Below, one piece after another: positions 51,674 to 61,800 of a DNA stretch of 64,000 nucleotides. Origin of the DNA: Marsupella aquatica (lineage: Eukaryota > Plantae > Marchantiophyta); contig OZ316897.1 in NCBI GenBank assembly GCA_973895155.1, positions 832,515-896,514 on the forward strand, in the 5' to 3' direction. The notes below the pieces were generated by a model, which was not told the DNA's origin, did no database searches, and saw nothing but the letters and a program-made list of their open reading frames with translations. The stretch's first letter is position 1. The number at the start of each line of letters is the position of its first letter. Made by a program: the position numbers and the translations under genes.

Positions 51674-52003
51674 ATGGCTGTCTTCCTTGAAAATCGTGTC
51701 AAACGTGCACGCCGGTTGTACAAGAGACTCGTGCGACTCAAAGTTCTCCCCATCGGTATAGGAGCATTGTGGATGGGTGGTACTGATCCTGGAGATAGGC
51801 AGAATCCTCTCCGCATTGAATTCTGCGGAATGAATGATGCAGGAGTTCCAATTCGTTCGAGGTTGATGTTAACGGCGTATTTACATTCTTTGGAGTTTTC
51901 TTGTAACTATTGTTGTCGTCGTCTTGACAACAAGTACCACAAACAGGCTCACTTTTGTTGTAAGATTTGGAACGAAGACCCTTGGGTGAACCTTTCACGA
52001 TGA
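51674..52003 (+). CDS. Small hypothetical cargo protein (109 aa)
   Basis: ATG-initiated, co-oriented with the other cargo ORFs and lying between palindrome clusters. Cys/His-rich C-terminal half. No homology recognised. Confidence 0.3.
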   Translation: MAVFLENRVKRARRLYKRLVRLKVLPIGIGALWMGGTDPGDRQNPLRIEFCGMNDAGVPIRSRLMLTAYLHSLEFSCNYCCRRLDNKYHKQAHFCCKIWNEDPWVNLSR

Positions 52004-52197
52004 GTGTTTTGACCTTTTCATTGAGGCGCGTCTTGGAAGGACATATTTAAATAAACAAGTCCTACCCTTGCGCAGCGAATATAATACGTCACGAGTCCTA
52101 ATCGTTAAACTGTCGTGCAGGGTTGGTACTGTGGATGTGTTCGGTTACACCTGGTGATTGAAGGTATTTTTATTGGTGGTTTTGGTAGCTCTGCTTC

Positions 52198-52746
52198 ATG
52201 GCTGCATCGGAGAATCTAATCGTTGCAAAGATGGGATCCGTTTTAGCCCATGAGCGTAGGAAATATATTCGAGGAAAAGTGCCCGGTGTGGAATGCGGAA
52301 GTTTGTTGAATGGACTTCCCGATGAACTCGTTGAATCTCACATTTGGCCCCTCCTAGCCTTGTCTTGCACACAAGATGAACACCTTGGCCTTGACCTAAA
52401 ACTTCTACCAGAAGAACGACTGACTCGAATGAGAACAATCATTTGTCTTGGAGCCACCTCGAAGAAATGGAACCATCTTGTTGTTGGTACACGATTTTGG
52501 GCGCTATTGAAATATGCAATTCGTGAGATCAATGACATAAACAAAATGCTCGCAAGCATTCCTAATGCCGACCTTCTCTCAAACCTACATATTGCTAGGG
52601 TCTTCCGAGAGGAAACTCATTTCCTCCCTCCCATAGATATGCTTGGGTGCTTTTCGTATGAGCAGTTAGATCAGATTCGTAGAGTTTGGATAAATCTTGG
52701 AGAAAGCGGGAAGCGGACAATTCTTGCATGGCATGGACGAGTCTGA
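52198..52746 (+). CDS. F-box-like protein (182 aa)
   Basis: LLNGLPDELVESHIWPLL...ICLGATSKKWNHLV matches the F-box pattern LP.E/D(L/I)...I...L ... V(S/C)K.W..L, with an insertion. Confidence 0.65.
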   Translation: MAASENLIVAKMGSVLAHERRKYIRGKVPGVECGSLLNGLPDELVESHIWPLLALSCTQDEHLGLDLKLLPEERLTRMRTIICLGATSKKWNHLVVGTRFWALLKYAIREINDINKMLASIPNADLLSNLHIARVFREETHFLPPIDMLGCFSYEQLDQIRRVWINLGESGKRTILAWHGRV

Positions 52747-53038
52747 GTGGATGAGGCATTGCAGCAAACATCCGATAAATTTATTGCACTCCTCATTCCT
52801 CTAGTCGATTTTGGGTGCTTGTAAAGAAACACTTTGAATATAATTGACTCTCCCTCCCCTGACTTCGGGTTGTGTGGTCCAGAGTGTATTTTTTTGCGCC
52901 TCTTCGGACGATTAGCTGACAAGTGCATTGGCTTCACAGCCCGTTATACAAGGTACTGTAAAGTTGGATGACACTTGTAGAATTGTAATTAGTATGTTCT
53001 CCAAAATTTATTCCTGATTTCTATTCGGTGATCAGGCC

Positions 53039-53752
53039 ATGCTCGAGCGACATATTTTTGTACCCTACCCGGATCCTCCAGAATGGGGGAATGGAGCCAT
53101 GCTGGACCAGCTAAGGAGGCTGGATGAGTCACTAATTTTAAAGATATGCAGGCTGGTAGTAAAACCGTTTTACCATAACGCATTTCACTTCTACGTAGAT
53201 CAGGTAGGGGGAGAAATTTATATTCGGTGGGATAGATATGTTGGATTTTCTAGAAGAGTTATCCTACTCTTTCTGAAAACCGGTGCAGTAAGACTTTTTA
53301 TACTCCACTGCTGTCATGTTGTGAAGGGCAATCCTGCTTATGAGCCAAAATTCTATGCCGACAACAGACGTAGAGCATTCGATGAGATTCAGGATGTGAT
53401 TGACGAGCTGGACAATCCTCTTGCCACCGAGTTTTTTATTGACACTGGTGGGAAACTATATTCATACAAGATTCGTCAACTCCCCCACCAGCCGGTCTGT
53501 GGGCTCTTTAACTTGATCTATGTAAGTTGCCTGTGGACGAATGTCCTTGCCAATGGTGAGATCTGTCCATGCTGCACAAATGCTTGTTGTGACATTCCGT
53601 CACACCGGTATTCAGTAGCAGTAGTGAATCCTGAGACTGGTGAAGTTGATTTCCATTGGCTGTGGGCTTATGATCATCGCGTCACTCATATTCCCCAATG
53701 GCCCAAGAAGCGGATCGAACGCTTTGCTCTGGCGAGGTTCAACTATGATTAG
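53039..53752 (+). CDS. Hypothetical cargo protein (237 aa) with a CPCC..CC..H cluster
   Basis: Uninterrupted 237-codon ORF with globular composition, between palindrome copies. Confidence 0.6.
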   Translation: MLERHIFVPYPDPPEWGNGAMLDQLRRLDESLILKICRLVVKPFYHNAFHFYVDQVGGEIYIRWDRYVGFSRRVILLFLKTGAVRLFILHCCHVVKGNPAYEPKFYADNRRRAFDEIQDVIDELDNPLATEFFIDTGGKLYSYKIRQLPHQPVCGLFNLIYVSCLWTNVLANGEICPCCTNACCDIPSHRYSVAVVNPETGEVDFHWLWAYDHRVTHIPQWPKKRIERFALARFNYD

Positions 53753-53790
53753 GGTTTAGGTTTAGGGGTTAAGGTTTTGGATTTAGGGTT
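53750..53790 (+). repeat. Short degenerate plant telomere-like (telo-box) tract
   Basis: tagggtttaggtttaggggttaaggttttggatttagggtt, ~230 bp upstream of the MTase gene. Confidence 0.6.
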
Positions 53791-54017
53791 CCGTAGCTGA
53801 TTCTTCGACCTGTACACTCGGCTGTCAATTTAAAGAAGGCTCACTTTTGCGATAATTTTATCGGTCTCTTTGTCCTTGTGTGATGAGATGTCATGTCCAC
53901 ATGTGCTGTGAGATTGGCGGCAATAATTTTATCGCTCTTTGCATTGGAATTTGTTTATTTGCAGACTTTTCCATGGCTGCTAGTGGATAGAGTGGATCTA
54001 CTAAGGCAGAAAGTCTC

Positions 54018-57000
54018 ATGACAAGCCTCACCAATGCAATTTGGACAAGTGAAGACATTTGTGAAGAGGTCAAGTGTATCAAGAAGTCATGGTACTTCTG
54101 TGACGCCAGATTACAGTCCACGGGTTTCAAAGACTGTGCTACCCCAATCCTTTGGGTCCAGTTGCAAAAATCGGCGAAGGTTAATGTTTCGTATGGCCCT
54201 GTCATTGCCGTTGCCGTCGTCGAGTTCATGGTTGGCCACGGGGAGGGAAAAGTGTTGACAGAGGGCCTTAGTTTCTTGACAATGTGTGGGCGCAAGGGTT
54301 TCACATCTCTCATTGTTACTCTCGATAACTTTGATGAGAAATCGATGGACAGTTATCCAGAAGATCCCCTTGTTGCCGATGTTCGAGCAGCAAGAGAGAT
54401 GAATGTTATGGGTTCGGCTTGGATCGGCCAGTATGTGCAAGATTGTGATGCCATCATGCTTCCAAGGGTGAACGCAGAGTACAAGAGACTTGTGGGTGAA
54501 GAGTTCAAACCTGTCCGCAAAATTGTTTTCAAGAAACCAGGTTCAAGTGGCAGCGGTGGTTCTAATGCCGATAAAATATCGGGGCGGAAAGAACCATTGC
54601 AATCCTCTACACATATTGACGTGGACGAACCTACAACTTCTGGTTGGGTTTCGGGAAGTGGAAAAGGGAAAGGGAGAGGTAGCGGCAGGGGAGATGCCGC
54701 GGGAACCTCTGACGGTGGGAAGAAGAGCCAGGAAACTGGCGGTAGTGGGAGAGGCCGGGGCAACCGTCGAGGACCATCCGTTAAACCAAGCGAAAGTAAA
54801 GGATCCGAGGGATCCGGGCCATCTGGTTCTGGACTTAGCACAAAGAGGAAGAGGATTGGCTGGACTGAGACAGTGGCTGCAGAAGTGGATAGAGCTCCGT
54901 CAATTCCATCAGTTCCAGTCGCGGTTCCTGTGGCGCCATTGGTAAGTACTACGTCGTTGTACTGTTTAACAAACACGAAATCCGATAAAAATCTCGCTGT
55001 TTATTTCCTGAATTGCGGATTGTGGAGTTATGTTGAACAAATGCGAACTCCGATAAAAATCTCGCAGTTTCTTTCCTTAATTGAATTTGCAACACTTTTG
55101 TAGGCTGATCAGGAGGAGGAGACGGCTCTTTCAATGTATGAGACGGACGCGATCAAGGTAGAGCTCAGTCTTCTGATGCAACGAAGGGTGCAAAGGACAA
55201 CTGTGCTTCTGCATGTCGACAATCTCATATTTGATGAGGAGGGGGATTTGTCAACTTTGATTAGACTAGTGGATAGATTGCATGTGGAAAATATCAAGAT
55301 ACTTCTCATGAAAAACCCCACCAACTTCAGTGCCCCGTTCGTGTTGTGTGTGGATCCGAAGGATTGTCCCACAACCATAGATTGGGACATCCTGAAGTCA
55401 AGGGTATGGAAGTATAGAATTATTGGAAGGAATCATGGTGCTCAGGCAAAGTCCGAGTTGTTTAAAATGTACGGGAAGCAAATATATGGTGAGCTGGAAG
55501 CTTGGGTTTACGCTGGGCTTTTAGAGATCCGAGGTCCGAAAGTTAGGCTTCCAGCATAACTATGACCAGGAGTATCGGAAGAACATGACTAAAATTGACC
55601 AAGTTCGCGCTTGTCACAATATTTTCCTTGAAATGGGTGTGGGCTCGACTAAAGATGTCCGCGAAGCATGTTGTCAAGAATGCATGATGGAGTACACGCC
55701 AGGAGTTCGTGACTCCATGGCCAAACATGATCCGGCTTTCCAAATTGCTTTCCGAACAGGTGAAATTTGGGATCTTCAAGAGAAGATTTTCCAGATGTGG
55801 GAGAAAGGTATTGTCTTAGGACAACCCAAAAAAATTGTGGCAACGACGAACGCAAAGGGAAAGGTAAAACCTTTGACGGTAAGGGAGATTAAAATGAATA
55901 AACTTGCTGGTGACCTCAACTTAAATTCATTTCGAGGTCTCCAAGGACTGTCAAATAAGAAGCATGTCAAGCGTCTCTTGAATAGGGTTATCGGGAAGGT
56001 GATCACTTTGGATCAAATGCACAAGGAAGGTGAGAAGTTGAAAAAGCTTGCCAAGGTGAAGAAACTATTTTTGCAGATATCTGGTCAGCCAGATTGGGCA
56101 ACATGCAGAGAAATGTTTCCCAACGAAACAGATGTCTCGGTCCTTGGCATATGGGCGGAGAAATTGAGTGACGCGGTAAGCATTCCTCTCACAGCATGCT
56201 CTATCGTGAGATTTTTATCGGCTTTAGCATTCCTTTGTTGGTTTCTAAGCGATTCCATCTATTGGCTAGCGTGCTCCATCGCGAGATTTTTATCGGCTTT
56301 AGCATTCATCTCACGCTATTCTAACTGTAGATGTGTCTGACATTCTTACAGCTGAAGATTAATTCAAAAAGGAAAAGCAAAGTGGTTCCGGCTGTCACTT
56401 ATAATTCTGCGGGGGAGGTTATTGTTCCCTCAGCTGAAATCCCTTATGTGTTTAAGAATTTTGTGCTTGCTGCAATTGATAAGTACAATCGGCTGAGGTC
56501 CTTAGGCGAGGGCACAGCAGAAGCGTTTGAACAAACATGGAAAAATGCAGACAGGGATTCTTTTCCCTACTATCTCCATGTTGGTGATGTTCAAATTTTG
56601 GATTCTTTTGTTCAGCCAAGGGCTTACAGCCTTGCGGTTGCGGATATTCCGTATGGTTTTAATGCTCCTGGTTCGGAGTTTGATGAAGTGGCCTTCACAG
56701 AAAAGGACATTTTAGACATGTTGACAAGTTTCTCAAAGATGACGACCGCTAAGCAGTGGAGGTTTGTTGTGATCCATTCACTACAACAAACGCATATGGT
56801 GATGTCTGCACTGGAGAGTGTATGCAACTATGGGGTCGAGGCTAGAATCTGGGAGAAGACTAACATTCATGAGCGTCCCGCTGGAGTTCGATTGGCGTGG
56901 GGTTTTGAGAACTGGTCGATAGGTTTCTATAGCGAGGAAGGCATTCGGAACATGAACATGTACAATTTCCAACCGGATGAGTCTCGCGTCAATATCATCA

Positions 57001-57464
57001 AGGTTCCATGTGTAACCAAGAAGTCCATTGATCCGTTGGGATTTGTTGTGAACCCATATCAGAAGCCTGTTGGTTTAGGGGCTTGGTTTGTTTCCCATTT
57101 CTCTGAGAAAGAGGATTGGGTTATTGATCTTTGTTGTGGAACCGGATCGACATTAGCTGCTACGCTCCTCAATTCTCGCCAGGGTTGTGCTGTTGATAAG
57201 AGTTCTGCGCAGATTGGTTTTGTAAAATCCCGGATCATGATTCTGGAGTCAAACTGGAATTTATATGAAGAATCCCAGATTGAAGGGCACGGCGTTGAAG
57301 GTCATGAGATTCAACCACCAATTGCAGGCCAATTGGGTGTACTCGGGACATCGACTTACGTAGTTGAGGTCGTGAAGGAGACCGAAGAGGAACAAGAAGA
57401 AACTGAGGAAGAGCCTCCCAGAACACCAAATGAGGATGATCTCAACGACATGTTATTAGATTAG
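54018..57464 (+). pseudogene. Spliced ParB/Srx-like domain plus beta-class N6A/N4C DNA methyltransferase fusion (~1035 aa), with one +1 frameshift in exon 2
   Basis: Exons 54018-54941, 55104-56175 and 56352-57464; GT-AG introns, both phase 0. Exon 3 has LAVADIPYG (motif IV), WEKTN, NPYQKP and VIDLCCGTGST (motif I) in beta order. Exon 2 has PFVL...YRIIGRNHG..A (ParB-like). An extra C near 55530 shifts the frame. Confidence 0.85.
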
Positions 57465-57790
57465 TTGCGTGTGCTCGTTAGGATAATGTCAATCACCAAT
57501 GAAGTTGTCGATAAATTTATCAACTTCTGTATTCCATGAGGAAGAACCTTTGTCACATTTATTAATGCGATAAATTTATCGGACTTTGCATATATCAGAC
57601 TGTCGCGGTGTTCCTGCTGAGGGAATGGAGTTGTCGATAATCTTATCGGACAGCATTGTATTCTCTAACTGGTTTGTCATTGCAATTATTTAAAAAAAGA
57701 TATCATTATAGCTGCGGAGTACATAGTCCCAGAACGATAACCATTGTACATATTCATGGGAATGATAACCATTATAACTTAAACCTGAAA

Positions 57791-58865
57791 CTAGCTTCGA
57801 CTATTAACGACTACAGTCTCCATTGCATTTTGAATGATTCGTCTTGTTTGTATAGGGAGAGTACTATTTGCCAATAACGCAAAGTTATACGCATAAATGG
57901 CAGTTTCTGATAGGGATAATTCATCCTCCAGTACTTTGCTAGACGAAGCCTCTTTCTCCGGATAATATCTGCCTTCAATTGCAGACTCTTCCTCCGAATC
58001 CATTGCATACCAAGTGATTTTAATCCGCTCCGGGATGTCGTTAATTCTTGTGAGAATCTCAGTCACTTTTGCCATCCAGAATGGTCTTCCCTTGGGATCC
58101 TGATGGGCTGCTACACATATCATTGCAAATTTAGTATTCACCTCTAGATCCTTGAAGTCTCCAATTTCCGTGACTTTTCTTCGACTTTCGGAATACATGA
58201 CTGTCCTCACACCCGCTACTTTATCAACCAAGCTAGGTTCCATTGCTGCTTCCATAGGATTACTCGGAAGTTATCTCTGTACGTTTACCTTGGGCCAACT
58301 CCAATCAAAACTCCATTGTGCAGGTTTCAGGTGGTGCTGAATCACTTCTTTTTGTTTGTCAAAAAAACGACCCCACCATAGACGATCTGCATCGTCAAAG
58401 TAATTGAATCCATCTTCAATTGCTCTTCGATATTTTTGAAGAGTTGACAAATAACTTTGAGCCGCCCGCTCATCTTGTTCCTCAGCATCATTCTCTTGCT
58501 CTTCATTGTCTCCTATCGCTCCCGTGGCCGACTTCAATGCCATTTGTGGTGCGACCCACATTCCAGATGATGGAATGTACCGAACAAAATCCACCGTCTC
58601 CCCCCAATCGATTGTCGTTGAAAGATGTTTGGCATGGAATACGGACCGAGCACTTCCATCTTCGAGTACTCTAGTAATCCAAAATTGTTTTTGAGCACTT
58701 ATGCCGTGGAGAGTACGTAGAACCTGACCATCCATATCCTTGTCATTTGCTTGATCCTTGTCTGACACAAATTTCTTGAAATCGGCAACCTCGTCGACGA
58801 AAAATATCTTTGCCGTAGGATTGTAGGATTCCTCTATGATTGCTGAAAGAGTGTCCAACCGGAAA
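57791..58865 (-). pseudogene. C-terminal part of a Sola1-like (DUF7869-type) transposase with a terminal BAH/Tudor-like segment
   Basis: L..L..II..SYNP....VDEVADFKKF resembles the post-catalytic region of that family; RPFWMAKV..IKITWY near the end. One in-frame TAA at 58271-58273. The 5' part is cut off by the insertion at 58866, so the catalytic residues are not visible. Confidence 0.5.
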
Positions 58866-61800
58866 CTCGGGGGCCTCAGTATATAGAGACCCCCATATCA
58901 CGCTCGACGTTTTGGACCCTTGCACCCCTAACTTATTAAGTAAATTTTTTATTTCCCCTTCCCTATCATACTTAGAAGAATTCCAAATCCTAACATTTTG
59001 ACCCCTAAAAATAGTTAAGTAAAGTTTTGTTGTGAATTAAACACCCCTTAGTAAGAAAAGAAAAGTTCATTCAAATGCGCACCTTATCTGGGTCTTTGTC
59101 AAGCTTATTTGAACCCTAATGTGCTCCTTAGGCATCCATATCTCATGGAAAACTGATAGTATATAGTGTTGATGCTTCCACTAAGAATACCAATTCTAGT
59201 AGAAGCTTCAGCAATATACAGTATGAGTTATTCATATTGCAATCTGCTGTGCTTGTCTGATGTGAAAGGTAGGTATACCAAAAAGGAATTGAGTCAAGAA
59301 TCTGAATGGTGAGTGTCCGTGGCAGAGGGGAATTGAACCCCTGATTGAGCAAGAAGCTCAAGTATCCAAATCTGCCACCCCCTAGCCTATTCCCCTAACC
59401 TATCCCCTATACATACTAAAACCACTACCATGACTATTGATGCATGAAAATCATTCAACTCTAGACATGGTCTCCAAATAAGTATCCAAAGCTTGTTTAT
59501 CAACTCGATCTATCACATACACTAAACCAATCCCTTGTTTCATGGTTAAAGTAACATTAGTCATCACCATTTCTATATCAATCCATTGTAAATCAGTTGT
59601 ATCATAAGTGAATTCAACTTTGCTTGAGCTTGTTGGCTTATACCAATTGAACAAGAACTGACAAATACTCCCTACGTGTCCATGAGGAGGTGTTGGTCTG
59701 TCAAGCAAATCAATAGCAGATCTCACTCTAGTCCATTGTCCTTTAACTTTTTGTCTCATCATCATAATCCGACCAAGCCAAAATTCTTTCTTTGCTTGCA
59801 CTACTGGCTCTTGAATCCTAGATTTACCTCTTCCCTTACCTTTCCCCTTTTTTGATCTTGTAGAAGGGCCTGTATCATTAGCACTTTCAAATGCTACTCC
59901 ACAATCACTCCCAACATCAACAAAACAAGTCACAGTATTCGGATCACATTGTTTCCTCTTACCAAGATTATAGTATGCCACTTGCTTCACCCTTGTCAGC
60001 CTATCTTTAGACAAATGAGGGTTGCCCACTAGTTGACTCACCAAAGTTGATTTGTAAATTGTTCTGCCCTCATATGTAACTGTAGGCAAAACCTTCTTCT
60101 TTTCCTGTAGAGGGCTCTGAAAAGACTGTGTAAACTCAGCTACAACAGAAGACAACACATGACGAACCTCATGCCCCAAAGTATCTACCTCCACAGAATG
60201 AGGTTCTGGTATGTCTAACTCAACCCCATCCTGCAAAACATCATCAGGAATGGTTAGCTCATCTGTCAACCATGCATCAATTCGATTTAGATCTTCCTCA
60301 GGGTCTTCAAATTCATGAAAATCTCCTTCTGGACGAGGTCCAATTGGAGATCTGTGCTCTACATGCTCTTCAGAATCGTCAACAATAACTGCCTCTGCTA
60401 TTATAGCTGAATCTGGCCATGTCTGAACTTCCACATCCCAAGGGTGAGTCCACCATCGCTTTCTTGCTGCTAGCAGATCACTTCTGGGAGACATTTGTAA
60501 CCTTCTAAGAAACTCTCTTGCTTCTTCAAAACCTTCTTTCAAGGCTGCAACCACCAACTCATTAGTTTGCACTTTAGAGTAATCAAAAAGATTAGGTGCA
60601 TCTTCACCTTCAAGTAAAGGATGAAGCTTGGCCCATACATGATCTTGCTTTTTATGTGATCGAGCTACTTTCAAGCCCTCTGGTCCACATTCTAATCCAG
60701 CAAGACGATTTAACCCAACAGCACTGTCCAACAAGGAGCCAAAATCATAATTCCTCTCATGGCCACTCATTCCACCTACTTTGCTGAAAAATATCTCACA
60801 ACAATCAGAACCTAACTCATGAAATGGAATACACAAGTGAGAAAACTTATCACGAAATGCACATATAAGCAATACAATAAATTGACATGACATGTTAACA
60901 TCATGAAAAGCCTGGATTGAAATCATATTTCTCTCTATATGTGAAACAACATTTCCACCTACAGCATGATCACCATACCTCAACCACAACCTCCACAATC
61001 GAAAGAACCAAGAAACTTTGCCTGCCAGCTTCACTCTAGTCCTCAGGTCATGTCTCTGGGAGTAGAAAATGTCAATATAGTCTGCACAAATCTGCAGATA
61101 CAACTCTGTCCCCGAACTTCGTTCATGCAACAGATCAATTCTTCCATGCAGATCTGCTAAACAGTCATGCACCTTTTCTGATGCTATCCTTTGGGGACCA
61201 GCCCAGATTTGACGGTCGGATCTGTTCACATCATCCCAATTCAATCCATGTTGATAGATTGGATAGTTATTGTACACATTACAAACATGAAATAGGGAAG
61301 CATGTTGGTCTCCAAGTGCCATTATTGAGGACACTCGATCTAGTGGGTTAATCAACTTTTTCCCATTGTGAGGCTGGTCTTGATCACCAAAACCATACAG
61401 GTCCCCATTAGGCAATATGGCAACTGAGTAAGGCCATCCTTCCCACCCTACAGAAAACCTAGGGTAAGACCCATTAGCTCCTCTGTAATCTTCTAACATC
61501 AATTTCCTGCGCCTTGCATCACCATCACTAGCATGCCCAAGCAAAGGACCTACAGAGTCTCTGCAATGCAGATCCCAAGATTCTTTCAATTGCTTCCAGT
61601 GCTCTCTAACCCATTATGCCTTGAACTTGTTACATGTTGATATAGCACAGAGGGCCAACTTTGGCATTCCAACATGCAATGGATTCACAATGACAACTCT
61701 AGCATACATTCCCTTGTTAAAATCCTCAAATGTATTTACAATCTTGTTATAGCCATCCTCACCATCACCTACAAGAATTTCTAATCCAAATTCACAGGTA

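Larger units (their letters stand above)
51207..57649. repeat. Dispersed 16-bp palindrome family (C/G)CGATAAATTTATCG(G/C), ~16 copies
   Basis: Starts at 51207, 51300, 51376, 51432, 51525, 52772, 53849, 53920, 54568 (15-bp variant, in CDS), 54982, 55050, 56206, 56281, 57508, 57567 and 57634. Confidence 0.93.
50771..58865. mobile_element. Cargo-carrying DNA transposon (Sola1-like): MTase, F-box-like and unknown ORFs; right part displaced by the P-like insertion
   Basis: Private palindromic motif throughout and a convergent transposase C-terminus. The left edge is inferred where the CACTA coding fragment breaks, after AATT at 50767-50770. Confidence 0.55.

Noticed and set aside
53750-53790. True telomere or chromosome-healing site
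   Set aside because: Only ~6 degenerate units in an internal position; better explained as a telo-box-like promoter tract.
54018-57464. Bacterial contamination or a restriction-modification operon
   Set aside because: The gene has GT-AG introns, is nested among plant TEs, and has no recognisable restriction endonuclease partner.
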